A stretch of DNA of 64,000 bases from an uncultured archaeon (lineage in GTDB: Archaea; Asgardarchaeota; Lokiarchaeia; Sigyniarchaeales; SOKP01), in NCBI GenBank assembly GCA_964486045.1, contig CAZALK010000014.1, positions 89,244-153,243 on the forward strand, in the 5' to 3' direction. The translations under genes were made by a program, and so were the position numbers. The notes below the pieces were generated by a model. That model was not told the DNA's origin. It saw nothing but the letters and a program-made list of their open reading frames with translations, and searched no databases. This document shows, in pieces, positions 31,580 to 42,344 of this stretch; position 1 is the first letter of the stretch, and the number at the start of each line of letters is the position of its first letter.

Positions 31580-32275
31580 GTGATTCCATTTAACTCTATA
31601 CCCGATCCTTTAATTGAATGTGATACTCAGAATGTATACTTTCCAAAAGAAGATTCATATCTCATTATTGATTACTTCAAAAATAACATAAGCGATACCT
31701 TTTTTGACGGAATAGATATAAGTGAAATTGAGATGGTTTTAGATATGGGGACTGGTTCAGGCATTATCGCAATAATTTTTCAATTTTTTAAGTTAAAAAT
31801 TAAAAAATTTAACCCTAGGATATTTGCCTCTGATATCTTAGAAGACTCAATAAATTGTGCTAAACATAATGAAATTCTAAATAATTTTCATAATGAAATT
31901 GTATTCATTCAATCAGATTTATTTAATTCTTTCCCAGAATCACTTGAATCTTCGTTTAATATTATCGTTTTTAATCCACCATATTTGCCTTCCTCACCCT
32001 TAATCAAAGATAAGAGTAGTAAAAAGAATATCGATTGGAGTTGGGATGGTGGGCTAAAGGGCTTTGAAGTTTTAATTGAATTCATTAAAGAATTAAGAAA
32101 TTTTCTCAATTTACAAAAAATTTATCATGTATATTACACCAGCTCAAGTAGGACTAATTTGGATGAATTAAATAAAACTGTTAATGAACTTGGATTTAGA
32201 AATGAAATCGTAGAAAGAAAACATTTTTTCTTTGAGGATATTTTTATAAATAGATTAACCAGTCTTAAAAGCTAA
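31580..32275 (+). CDS. HemK2/PrmC-like protein glutamine methyltransferase
   Basis: VYFPKEDS, DMGTGSG, FNPPYLP, WDGG. Confidence 0.88.
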   Translation: MIPFNSIPDPLIECDTQNVYFPKEDSYLIIDYFKNNISDTFFDGIDISEIEMVLDMGTGSGIIAIIFQFFKLKIKKFNPRIFASDILEDSINCAKHNEILNNFHNEIVFIQSDLFNSFPESLESSFNIIVFNPPYLPSSPLIKDKSSKKNIDWSWDGGLKGFEVLIEFIKELRNFLNLQKIYHVYYTSSSRTNLDELNKTVNELGFRNEIVERKHFFFEDIFINRLTSLKS

Positions 32276-33552
32276 AAAGGTCTTCTGTTTCTTCTTTTTT
32301 CGAGAAGTGAAACACCATGCAGATGTAGAGTTCTTGTTAGATTATTCAACAAAAGATTAACTTCATTTGGTTTAAAAACAGCACGTTTATGGGCTTCGAT
32401 TTGAGGAATAGGTAATCCATAATGTTCATTTAAACTAGAAATTGGCAATAATATTGAAGATATTAAATCTGCTTTTTTGGATGCTTTTTCTATTGAATGT
32501 TTTTCATCCATAAAAAATTCAATTCTGCATGGGGTGTCAAATTTAGCAGTTTTCAGATAAAATGCATAAAACGCAAGTGGAAAATAATATGGTATTTCTT
32601 TTTTTATACCAGTATCTCTTATCTTATCTATCTCTCTTTTACAATGAAAAATACAACTTCTTTCAGTTTTTTTTAATAATCTATTGAATAAATCAATATC
32701 AGAGAAATATTTAAAAACTTCCCTATAGTTAATCTTGATAAAGTCGCTCAACTTTGAATAATTTGGCATTAATAATTGTATAGATTCACTTAGAAGATTT
32801 GAGAGAGCAGAAGTTCTTGTATCTTTTATAGAACCTATTAATATTATATCTTTCTCCTTACAATTTAAATATAATTGATGGTATTCTTTTAATAAAATAT
32901 CATAATTTTTGGATATTTCAGCATCTTTTGAGAATAGTAGGTTTATTGGAGTGATAACAATTGATCCATCAATAATTATCAGATCTATATCAGTTGATTT
33001 TTCTATTAATTCATTTAACAAATTGATTTCCATACATTTCATATTAATTGATGTTTTGACATCAACAATGGTTTCATCCTGGTTAAAAAAATTCCCCTCA
33101 ACGATATAATTATTAAAGCCACTTAAATCTGGAAAATACCGAATACTCGCCACATGATTTTGATGAAAATAATATTTTACAGCAATAGCTTTTAAAAAAG
33201 AAAAATCAACATTCATAAATTTTTTAGTTACTGAGCTTCCATCTACACTTACAACATTTAACCCTCTAATATTCGAGAAGGACATAGATTTTTTTAGATT
33301 ATCTTCCTTAATATAAAATCTAGGAAATGATTTGAAACCGCTAAAATCTAACTGTTCTATGTTTTTTAAAATGATCTTTGAAAATTGTTTCTTTAAAGCT
33401 TCAATATCAAGATAATTTTTCGCTAAAATTTTTAAATCATTCAGTAAAAGGTGCTCCTTTGTCGTACCTTTTTTGCCTAAAAAAATTCTTTCTTTTTTTA
33501 CAAAATCTATTTTCTCGCCATTAATTTTAAATGATTTTTCACGTATGGTCAT
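32272..33552 (-). CDS. NurA-domain nuclease
   Basis: VDGS, IIDGS, GSIKD, YGLPIPQIEAH. Confidence 0.82.
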   Translation of the reverse strand: MTIREKSFKINGEKIDFVKKERIFLGKKGTTKEHLLLNDLKILAKNYLDIEALKKQFSKIILKNIEQLDFSGFKSFPRFYIKEDNLKKSMSFSNIRGLNVVSVDGSSVTKKFMNVDFSFLKAIAVKYYFHQNHVASIRYFPDLSGFNNYIVEGNFFNQDETIVDVKTSINMKCMEINLLNELIEKSTDIDLIIIDGSIVITPINLLFSKDAEISKNYDILLKEYHQLYLNCKEKDIILIGSIKDTRTSALSNLLSESIQLLMPNYSKLSDFIKINYREVFKYFSDIDLFNRLLKKTERSCIFHCKREIDKIRDTGIKKEIPYYFPLAFYAFYLKTAKFDTPCRIEFFMDEKHSIEKASKKADLISSILLPISSLNEHYGLPIPQIEAHKRAVFKPNEVNLLLNNLTRTLHLHGVSLLEKRRNRRPF

Positions 33553-33640
33553 TAAAAGATGTAGAAGATAGAGATAATAATAATAGTAATGAGATATTTA
33601 ATTTTTTGATTTGCCTAATTATTCTTAAGAGACTTAAACA

Positions 33641-34276
33641 ATGCAACTAGGAGAAAATCCTTGGGTTTTAATTGGATTAACTTTTCTCGAATTACTCTTT
33701 ATTATTGTTCCAGTAGTTATATCTAGCAAAATCGAGAAAAAAACTATCAAACAATTACTTTCTGAGATGGGATTCCAAAAAAATGAAGAGAAATTTATTA
33801 AAATAATAGCAGGCTTAAGCATTGGAGTCTTATTTTTTTTTCTTGGGGATTTTCTAATAATATTTTTTAGAGATGTAGTGGTAGAAAATTTATTTGGTAC
33901 CAAATTTATTGAAGAAGGACAACAAGGAGTAATAAGTACCACCCCAATTCAGCCTAATTTAATCCAATTATCAATTCTAATATTACTACAAATTGGTATT
34001 GTTGGTCCCTGCGAAGAAGCTTTTTTTAGGGGATTTATTATAAAGAAGTTTAAAGTGAAAATAAAATTAGGATATTCCATAATAATTTCATCGATTTTTT
34101 TTACATTTTATCATGTTCCCCCTTTTTTAGTGCCTTTAGCTACGATCATTACATTTTTTGGATATTATTTTATATTTGGAGTATTATTAGCCTTAATTTT
34201 TGTATATTTTAATTATTCTTTAATTCCCCCCGTAGTGGCACATCTCATTTTTAATATTTTTCTGTTATTGCTATAA
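33641..34276 (+). CDS. CPBP family intramembrane metalloprotease
   Basis: EEAFFRG, FTFYH, AHLIFN. Confidence 0.88.
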   Translation: MQLGENPWVLIGLTFLELLFIIVPVVISSKIEKKTIKQLLSEMGFQKNEEKFIKIIAGLSIGVLFFFLGDFLIIFFRDVVVENLFGTKFIEEGQQGVISTTPIQPNLIQLSILILLQIGIVGPCEEAFFRGFIIKKFKVKIKLGYSIIISSIFFTFYHVPPFLVPLATIITFFGYYFIFGVLLALIFVYFNYSLIPPVVAHLIFNIFLLLL

Positions 34277-34426
34277 TATTCTTATTATATAGTGTACTCG
34301 AAATGTAAATCTTAAATTAAACAAAAATTAATTAATACTAGGTATATTAATATCATAAGTCTAAAATTGAACTGGAAAATTTTTTACACTTAAAAATCGA
34401 GGAAATTTCTCAATATATTGTAAAAA

Positions 34427-34954
34427 TTGAAGAGAATGACTGATTACGATTATACCTTTAAATTAATGATGTTAGGTGATGCATCCGTAGGGAAAACATC
34501 CCTTACCTTAAGGTATATCTCAGGATTCTTCATGGAAGACTTGAAACTTACAATTGGAGTCGACTTTTATAGTAAGACGATACTCTTCAACGGTAAAAAA
34601 GTAAAACTACAAATGTGGGACTTTGGGGGTGAGGAAAGATTCAGATTTCTCCTTTCTCAATATTGCAAAGGAGCAAATGGGGCGTTTTTTCTATATGATA
34701 TAACAAATGTAAGAAGCATAGAACATTTGCCAGAGTGGACCCAAATAGTTAGGGAAAACGCAGGAGATATCCCAATAATGCTTATTGGGTCTAAGAAAGA
34801 TTTGGATGAATTTCGAACAGTCCCGAGGGAAGATGGAATATTAGCTGCAAAAAAATACAACCTGGCTAGTTTTATCGAGTTATCATCGAAAACAGGAGAA
34901 AATGTTGAGAGCACATTTAAAGTAATGACTGAAACTCTTTTTGAAGATTATTAA
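34427..34954 (+). CDS. Rab-like small GTPase (intact motifs)
   Basis: GDASVGKT, TIGVDF, WDFGGEERF, GSKKD, SSKTG; no C-terminal prenylation Cys. Confidence 0.92.
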   Translation: MKRMTDYDYTFKLMMLGDASVGKTSLTLRYISGFFMEDLKLTIGVDFYSKTILFNGKKVKLQMWDFGGEERFRFLLSQYCKGANGAFFLYDITNVRSIEHLPEWTQIVRENAGDIPIMLIGSKKDLDEFRTVPREDGILAAKKYNLASFIELSSKTGENVESTFKVMTETLFEDY

Positions 34955-35051
34955 TAAAAAACCATACTATGGTTAGACAATTCTATTTCTCATTAACTTT
35001 TAGAAAGGGTTAATCAAATAATTTAAATCTAATAGTATTAAATTAAATATT

Positions 35052-35576
35052 ATGAATGCTGAAGAAACCCCAAGACCTAAAGGGATAGATATAAACATAG
35101 AAGCACCTCAAATAGATACTGTGGATATTTATGATAATAAAGTCAATCTGAGTAATTTACTTATTGAATATAACGGTGTACTAATCGATTTTTTTCGAGG
35201 TAATTGGTGAAGTCATTGTAAAGCCCATTTGTCATTACTAACAGAACATATATCTGAATTTGAAAAGCGAAACATGAAACTTTTATCAATAGCAAGTGAT
35301 AGTATAAGACTTCTTAGGAAATTTAAAGAGGAAAACAACTTTAATGTAGATATAATATCTGACCGAGGAGCTATAATAATAAAAAAATATGGATTAAAAT
35401 GGTTTGCCCCAGGTGCAGGTAAGAAAATGAATATCAAACAAGCTGTTCCAAGTAAATACTTAATTAACAAGGAGGGAATAATCGTGTGGAAGTATATAGG
35501 GAAAGATAAGACAGACAGACCCTCCATTGAAATGATGACGTCAATTATAGATAAATACCTCATAAATCCCGAATAA
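35052..35576 (+). CDS. peroxiredoxin-like (AhpC/TSA, PrxL) selenoprotein, Sec at TGA 35208-35210 (residue 53 of 174)
   Basis: ATG 35052 is in frame through FFRGNW-TGA-SHC into the track ORF 35229-35576; UxxC at the thioredoxin-fold redox site; SECIS follows the stop. Confidence 0.9.
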
Positions 35577-35578
35577 GA

Positions 35579-35614
35579 ATGATTCGTACGTAAAAATTAT
35601 AGACGTTCGAGGAC
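35579..35614 (+). promoter_or_regulatory. eukaryote-like SECIS element (core and upper stem)
   Basis: AUGA(35579-82)-UUCGUACGU-loop AAAAAUUAUAG-ACGUUCGAG-GA(35612-13): tandem G.A/A.G core, 9-position stem with one U.U, A-rich apical loop. Confidence 0.85.
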
Positions 35615-35709
35615 AACCACGCAATGGTTTTGGGATTAACATATTTTTTTAAAATTTCACCGTAAATTTTTTATAATTCATCTTTTATTAGATTCTCAAA
35701 ACTTAATAT

Positions 35710-37368
35710 GTGAAACTTATGTTTAATCGAGCATTTAAAAAATTCCTTGCTAAAAAACCCTCAAAAGAAGAGCTATATCCATATCTTTACTCAATAGCTT
35801 TTAAAGAATTAGGGAACTCTAAGAAACAAATTAAAAATGAACCTATAAAGTGTAAAACTTGTAGTGCAGTTTTTACTGACATTGATTTAATTAAAGAAGA
35901 TGATCAAAATAGAGCTTATTATATATGTGAGTTCTGTGGAACTGATAATTCTGTTGACAAGACAAAAATTAAGGAAAAACTTCCAAATGATATTGATTTT
36001 CTTTTAGCCGCTTTAGAGGTAAAGAAACTTGAAACAGAAGCAGAAATTACCAAGGTTGCTAAAACAGAAGGTGATTTATATCTCTCTGTTATTGATATCT
36101 CTGGAAGCATGAGTGGTGCTAAAATTGAAGCAGTGAAAAAATCGTTAATTCAAACTCTAAAAGATTTTAAAACTAATTCACCAACAACGAAATATATTCT
36201 GGTAGCGTTTGAAAGTTCAGTCTATTATTACCTTAGGCATGATAAAAGCCCACTTAATTTTGGTGGGGACTTATTATTTACTTTGGACGGAATGAAATCT
36301 CAGTTTAAAAAATTAATCAAAAAAGAAAAATTCATTGGGTCTATTGGTGAATTTGCTGATGGGTGGGTAAAAAAAGTCGAAGAACTTAGGTCAATGGATA
36401 TGACTGCACTTGGACCCGCTTTGTATTTTTCTATCATTTCCTACGAATTTTTCAATTCAACAGGAAGAATCACTCTTTTAACGGATGGTCTAGCCAATCA
36501 AGGGATTGGAAATTTATCTGGCACAAACCCCGGAGCAAACAAGTTTTATGAGGATATGGCAGATTTATGTAATCAATATAAAATTATAGTTGATGTTGTA
36601 GGGGTGTCTGCATCAGGGGATAATAATGAAATGGGGCTCCAAGTTTTAGGAAAATTAACAGACGCGACTGGGGGAACATTATATTTAATTTCAAGTGAAG
36701 AAATGGAGACAATATTCTCTGAACTTAGACAAATGAAGTATATAGGGAAGGATGTAAAAGTAAAAATCATTGTTCCACCGAGTATTGTTATTAAAAATAT
36801 AACTGGAGCTTATAGCTCTAAAGGAGCGATAACAGGATCAGTAATAAATTTAGGGGCAATTACGGATAATAGAGAATTATTTCTTGAGCTAGAATCCACA
36901 AAAGAATTAGGAGAAGAAGAGGAAGTCCCTGTGCAGCTTCAAGTGGAATATTTAGATAATGACGGAAATAAGAGGATGAGAGTTATTAACGATAGGGTAC
37001 GGGTTACCAAAGATGAAGATGAATTTAAATCTAAGTATAACCAAACGTTTAATGTAATGAAGAATATTCAGAGTGCTGGGGGAGGCTATTATTCTGGAAA
37101 AGCTGAAGAATCAAAAGAACAATTGACACACTTGAAAGCTGAAATGCTAAATGAGATGAAATCATTAAAATCAAGAAACAGAGCTTTTGCTGAACAAGAT
37201 TTTGCTGAAGGTTTATCTTATTTAGAGGATGAGTTAGAAGAAATTGAAATTGAAGAAAAAGAAGTAGCTCAAGCTCCAGCAAAAAGCTATTGGGCAGCTA
37301 AAGGTCAACAAAGGGCCAGAATATCTTCAGGTAAATTAAAGAAGCGGATGGAAAAGAAAAAAAAATGA
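35710..37368 (+). CDS. Sec23/24-like protein (Zn finger, vWA, beta-sandwich)
   Basis: EPIKCKTCSA...YICEFCGTDN; MIDAS DISGSMS; TALGPAL; LTDGLANQG.G; TGG. Confidence 0.75.
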   Translation: MKLMFNRAFKKFLAKKPSKEELYPYLYSIAFKELGNSKKQIKNEPIKCKTCSAVFTDIDLIKEDDQNRAYYICEFCGTDNSVDKTKIKEKLPNDIDFLLAALEVKKLETEAEITKVAKTEGDLYLSVIDISGSMSGAKIEAVKKSLIQTLKDFKTNSPTTKYILVAFESSVYYYLRHDKSPLNFGGDLLFTLDGMKSQFKKLIKKEKFIGSIGEFADGWVKKVEELRSMDMTALGPALYFSIISYEFFNSTGRITLLTDGLANQGIGNLSGTNPGANKFYEDMADLCNQYKIIVDVVGVSASGDNNEMGLQVLGKLTDATGGTLYLISSEEMETIFSELRQMKYIGKDVKVKIIVPPSIVIKNITGAYSSKGAITGSVINLGAITDNRELFLELESTKELGEEEEVPVQLQVEYLDNDGNKRMRVINDRVRVTKDEDEFKSKYNQTFNVMKNIQSAGGGYYSGKAEESKEQLTHLKAEMLNEMKSLKSRNRAFAEQDFAEGLSYLEDELEEIEIEEKEVAQAPAKSYWAAKGQQRARISSGKLKKRMEKKKK

Positions 37369-37417
37369 GCATTTTTGTTTTTTTTCAAATTTTTAATACA
37401 TACTAAAGCATTCTAGA

Positions 37418-38284
37418 TTAAGCCCGTTCAAAAACTGCTTGAATTAACACTGTTCGTCCTTCCTTTAAGTTACGGGTCCCATTTTTCCGTTTTTCACTGA
37501 AATTTGTATGGATTAATTCTATACTAATCGGTTTAGGTTTGGTGGATCGGTCTTTAGGGCTCCAATTCTCGATTACTTCAATAATTTTTTTTGTATTATC
37601 CGTCCATGAAAGTTCTCTAAATCCATTCTCACTAATTATTTGCCGGAGATCGTTAGGTAAAGAGAGGAAACTGATACTCGGATTATTTGCCCAAAATACA
37701 GGGAAATGTATATGCTCAACTGAACCCGCACAGATTGTATTTATTGCTAAACGACCTTTTGGGCGGAGAAGACGGTAAATTTCAGAGAATAAACGTTCTT
37801 TATTCTTGATGTTCATTGAAACATGTTGAATGAAGACAATATCGAAAATATTGCTGTTGAAAGGCATATCCAGCGCATCTCCTTGTCTAATTTCTATATT
37901 GTCAGTATAACCTAAACGTTCATTAATTAGATCGGCTGCACGACAAAATTCATTACAAATATCAATTCCGGTCACATTACATCCAAACTTAGAAACTAAT
38001 GTGCGCGCAGGTCCCCCAATACCGCACCCAATATCAAGTACATTCATTTTCTCAGTGAGACCAACTTCTTGGGCAAGTTCTATTGTTGACGATCTTCCAC
38101 GGAGATGAAGTTCTTCAAAAGAAGCAAGAGTTTCTTGAATTAATTTTGTAGTGTCAATCCCTTTACTTTGTAGCACTGCCAGAATCTTAATACCAAGATC
38201 GTTTTGCCCATATTGATCATTTATAGCTTTTTCATATTCCATATTGAACTCCTCCTTTAAGATTTTGTCCAGGTTTGGTCTCAA
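37418..38284 (-). CDS. class I SAM-dependent methyltransferase
   Basis: VLDIGCGIGGPAR, GDALDMPF, LRPKGRL. Confidence 0.9.
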   Translation of the reverse strand: MRPNLDKILKEEFNMEYEKAINDQYGQNDLGIKILAVLQSKGIDTTKLIQETLASFEELHLRGRSSTIELAQEVGLTEKMNVLDIGCGIGGPARTLVSKFGCNVTGIDICNEFCRAADLINERLGYTDNIEIRQGDALDMPFNSNIFDIVFIQHVSMNIKNKERLFSEIYRLLRPKGRLAINTICAGSVEHIHFPVFWANNPSISFLSLPNDLRQIISENGFRELSWTDNTKKIIEVIENWSPKDRSTKPKPISIELIHTNFSEKRKNGTRNLKEGRTVLIQAVFERA

Positions 38285-38449
38285 TATAATCTATTGAAAA
38301 AAAAAAATCTTTCTTAAAGATCGTTATAGGTTTCATATTCGATATTAAAATTCATTAGTAATCTTTAAAAAATCTCTAACTTATCACAATTTTTTTATCC
38401 AATAATTAAGGAAAAATCTATGCTCTTATCAAATGGGAATTTAATAAAA

Positions 38450-39475
38450 TTATTTCATGATATCAGTAATAATTGCCCTTCCCAAGAATTTTCCCTTACT
38501 TAATTCTTCAAACACCTGGTTAATATCTGAGAGATTTGCAACTCTACCTATGTGAGTTTTTACTTTTCCCTCTGCTGCTATTTTGATCAATTCTCTCATT
38601 TCTTGTACGTTCCCTGTTAACGATCCAATTATGTGTAAATCTCTCATTATTAGTTCAAATGGGGTGATTGACATCGATCCCTCACTAAAGGCTGGCAAAC
38701 CACAACCAACAAGTACACCGCTTGGTCTGAGCAATTTTAACCCAAGCTCATAAGCGGGTACTTTTGCTGCAAATATTATACTAGCATGCACCCCTCCAAG
38801 TTTTTCAACAACTTTCTCAGCTTCACTGGCATCTATAGCCTCATCTGCACCTAGTTTCTTAACGAATTCTAATTTCTCAGAACCCACATCGATACCAATG
38901 ACTTTATATCCAAATATTTTTGCGATCTGCACCGCATAATGACCAAGCCCACCTGCAGCACCAACAATAGCTACAGTTTTACCTGCTGTTATCTTAAAGC
39001 CTGCAAGCTTTTTGATGGCGGAATACGCAGTCAAACCTCCACATGCTAAAGGAACCTCATTATCACTTATTTCATCAGGTAGTTTTACTAAAGCGTTTGC
39101 CCAAACAGAGAAATATTCACCAAATATTCCGAATAAATTTGCATGAGTTGGGCAGTGCATAGGCTTTCCAGCAAGACAATATTCACAAGTTCCACACCAT
39201 TTTGCTCCCGTACCACCTAGACCTAATATAACCCTATCACCTACCTTTATATTAGATTCAGTACCAGGACCTAATTCCTCGACTATCCCAATTCCTTCAT
39301 GTCCCAGAGGAAGTGGCATTGGTAAATCCATCCAATCTCCATATGCAAGATGTAAATCTGAGTGACAAACACCTGCAGTACTAATCTTTACAAGGGCCTC
39401 CCCATTTGCGGGAGTGGGTTTAGGAATATCAATTATATTTACTTTACCAATTTCTTCAACCATAGCTGCTCGCAT
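38450..39475 (-). CDS. zinc-dependent alcohol dehydrogenase
   Basis: GVCHSDLH, GHEG, CGTCEYC...C, GAAGGLG. Confidence 0.93.
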   Translation of the reverse strand: MRAAMVEEIGKVNIIDIPKPTPANGEALVKISTAGVCHSDLHLAYGDWMDLPMPLPLGHEGIGIVEELGPGTESNIKVGDRVILGLGGTGAKWCGTCEYCLAGKPMHCPTHANLFGIFGEYFSVWANALVKLPDEISDNEVPLACGGLTAYSAIKKLAGFKITAGKTVAIVGAAGGLGHYAVQIAKIFGYKVIGIDVGSEKLEFVKKLGADEAIDASEAEKVVEKLGGVHASIIFAAKVPAYELGLKLLRPSGVLVGCGLPAFSEGSMSITPFELIMRDLHIIGSLTGNVQEMRELIKIAAEGKVKTHIGRVANLSDINQVFEELSKGKFLGRAIITDIMK

Positions 39476-39640
39476 TTTACTTTCATCCTCTATTATAAAT
39501 TTCCTTTTTAAAAAAGAAATTTCGCTAAATATTTTTATTATTATTATTTATTTTCCAAGTATAAAAGACTTTTCTCCCAAATGAAGTATTTAGTACTAAT
39601 CATTGGAAGTTTTGATATCATTTTAACATCCATTTTTCTA

Positions 39641-39685
39641 TTATTTTTAGCCCAATTTTAATTTTATTTTTAGCCCAATTTTAAT
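39641..39685. repeat. 22-bp direct repeat x2 (period 23)
   Basis: ttatttttagcccaattttaat at 39641 and 39664, between divergent genes. Confidence 0.8.
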
Positions 39686-39847
39686 AAGCTTTAACTCACA
39701 TAAGCAAAAATCCCTTCAAGACCTTAGCTTTAATAAGTGGTTGATGCAAAGATCTAAAATGAGAATTTAAATGTTTTGGTATACTCATTCAATGGGTTAA
39801 TCAAATAATAATAAATAATTTTAAAAATCAACTATAAAGTAATAATT

Positions 39848-40981
39848 ATGAGGCCCAATAGTGAAGAGAAAGTTTATCGAAAGCTTCAGATATATTTAGA
39901 TTCTCTCCCAATTGATTATCCTGAGACTAAATCTGGAGTCGAACTAAAGATACTTAAACATCTTTTTACTCCCCAAGAAGCAGAAATTGCCATAAATTTG
40001 AAACTTATTCCTCAAGAACCTAAAGCAATGTTTCGCCCTTTTAAAAAGCAAGGTTGGACTTTAGAACAATTTTCCGAAACCTTATTGACAATGGCTAAAA
40101 AGGGTGCTATAAATTGGATTCGTAGAAGGGATGGGACAAACTACTTTTCTATTGCTTTTTTGGCTGTAGGATTTTGGGATTATCAAATAGACAGAATTAC
40201 CAAGGAATTTGGTAAAGATATTGATCAATATATGGAGGAAGGATTCATGTCTGCGATGCTTGAAAATGGAATTTTGCAAATGAGAACTATACCTATAGAA
40301 AAAAGCATTGATATCGAATACAATGTCTCTAACTTCGATGAGATTAAAACGATAATTGAAAATGTGGATAAAACCTTATTTTTAAGCCCTTGTATTTGTA
40401 GACTGTCAAAAGAGGTCCAAGAAGATGGTTGTGATCATCCAAAAGAAACTTGTATTACAATTGGTGTTACTCCACGGATTTTTCTGGAACAGGGTCGTGA
40501 GATTACAAAAGATGAAGCACTTGAAGTAATTCGGATGGCACAAGATAAAGGAATGGTTATTTGTCCAAGTAATGCCCAAAAACCATTTATAATATGTTGT
40601 TGTTGTGGATGTTCCTGTATGATACTTACCAATCTTAAAAAATATGCAAATCCAGTACAATTTATCAATTCAAATTATTTTGTAGGAATTGACGAAAATT
40701 TATGTTCTGGTTGCGCTAAATGTGTTACTAATTGCCATATGGAAGCAAACAAAATCAATGAAAGCGGAGTTAGCGAAGCTGATTTAGGTTATTGTATAGG
40801 ATGTGGTGTATGTGTCACCTCTTGTCCTGAAAATGCACGATCCTTAAAAAAAAAACAAGTAGAATCAATCCCACCTATTAATTCCATAGAATTATATCAA
40901 ACTATAACAAAGAGAAAAAAAATGCTCCTTGAAATGAGGAAAGTAGATAAAAACTATGGAAAAATCTATAGAATTAAATAA
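39848..40981 (+). CDS. 4Fe-4S dicluster-domain protein
   Basis: CICR, ICCCCGCSC, CSGCAKCVTNC, CIGCGVCVTSCP. Confidence 0.88.
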   Translation: MRPNSEEKVYRKLQIYLDSLPIDYPETKSGVELKILKHLFTPQEAEIAINLKLIPQEPKAMFRPFKKQGWTLEQFSETLLTMAKKGAINWIRRRDGTNYFSIAFLAVGFWDYQIDRITKEFGKDIDQYMEEGFMSAMLENGILQMRTIPIEKSIDIEYNVSNFDEIKTIIENVDKTLFLSPCICRLSKEVQEDGCDHPKETCITIGVTPRIFLEQGREITKDEALEVIRMAQDKGMVICPSNAQKPFIICCCCGCSCMILTNLKKYANPVQFINSNYFVGIDENLCSGCAKCVTNCHMEANKINESGVSEADLGYCIGCGVCVTSCPENARSLKKKQVESIPPINSIELYQTITKRKKMLLEMRKVDKNYGKIYRIK

Positions 40982-41422
40982 AACTCTATAAAAATCTGAA
41001 AAATTCCTCGTAAAATTACTGTAATTCTAATTTATTTGCACTACAAGGACTTTGAAGGAGTAAATTTCTTCATAAATAACTTACAATATAGCGGAGAGTG
41101 CTGGATATATATTGATTGTTTTGGTGATGTAAAAAATAAAAAAATAAAAAATTTTATTGTTTTTAATGTAGCAACATGAAATTGCTTATACTTAATCTTG
41201 AGTAAGGGAAGACTTTTTGTTATGTTCAATTGTATTAATGGCAATTTTTTCTCCCAATTCAAAGATTTTGCTTTGTTTTTCAATCCAACCAAGTTTCAAA
41301 GCTATCATAGAGTCTTTTTCATTTGTTGAGAAAGAAATGTGTAAAAAACTTTTCCCCAACAAGTTTCACTAAATATTAAATAGGAATGTTACTGAATATG
41401 AGTTAAAAAAGGCAAAAGAATC

Positions 41423-41536
41423 ATGAAAAGTAATAAAAATCAAGAAAAAGAGAGAGAAGATGCTGAGAATGAGATAGATTTCTATGATATCATGTTAGAG
41501 GCTATCAAATTCGGATTAATGCCGAGAAGCTCTTAA
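41423..41536 (+). CDS. possible 37-aa small protein
   Basis: MKSNKNQEKEREDAENEIDFYDIMLEAIKFGLMPRSS; protein-like composition only. Confidence 0.3.
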   Translation: MKSNKNQEKEREDAENEIDFYDIMLEAIKFGLMPRSS

Positions 41537-41755
41537 CTTTTCTTATCTGATACATATGGTTAGAGTTTGAGACAACTATATAAGTGAAAATAACAGATGA
41601 CAAATTACAGGTCAGTTAGGATTCCAGCAGAATTAGTCAAGACTATAACAAAAGGAATAAAAGAAAATAAAGAATTAGGATACAAACCAAACCTTTTTTA
41701 TATGGACATTTATCATATATATTAGTAAAAAAAATCTACTAAATCTGGTCTCCAT

Positions 41756-42316
41756 ATGGAAGAAAAAGAAGATATTTTCCCATCGGTTAATTTTGTAAAA
41801 AAAGATTCAGAAAATCTTAATATTATTGTAAATTATAAAGAAAATGCTATAAAAAATTCTTTAATATGCGGATTTGTTCTTATCATTGTGTTAAATCTTT
41901 TTAATCTTGGAATAATCGATATTTTTCATGTAGAAAATATATTTCTCTCTGTTTTTCTTACTAATCTTATTTTAATTTTAGCAGTAGTTATATATTGGAT
42001 ACATCAATCAAGATTTAATCTAGAATTTAAATTTGATAAAATTAATAATATATTTATTGTAGAAAGGAAAAATTTCAGAAATTTTAAAGAAAGAGATTTT
42101 AAAATTTCTGAGGTTGATAAAATAGAATGCTCCTGGGATACCATTGCAGGGACCTTTTTATATACTTTAAATTTAAGATTGAAAAATCATAAAAAAATTA
42201 AAATATTCGAAACAGCAAGTAAATCAAAAGTATTAAATTATTCTAATAAACTGAAAGATTTTTTAGGAGTAATATGTGATTATCCTATAGTCGGGAGTAA
42301 GAAAAATTGGTTATAA
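41756..42316 (+). CDS. hypothetical membrane protein (2 TM plus soluble beta domain)
   Basis: 186-aa ORF with two hydrophobic segments. Confidence 0.6.
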   Translation: MEEKEDIFPSVNFVKKDSENLNIIVNYKENAIKNSLICGFVLIIVLNLFNLGIIDIFHVENIFLSVFLTNLILILAVVIYWIHQSRFNLEFKFDKINNIFIVERKNFRNFKERDFKISEVDKIECSWDTIAGTFLYTLNLRLKNHKKIKIFETASKSKVLNYSNKLKDFLGVICDYPIVGSKKNWL

Positions 42317-42344
42317 TGTCAATCGTAAAATAAATAAATGCAAT

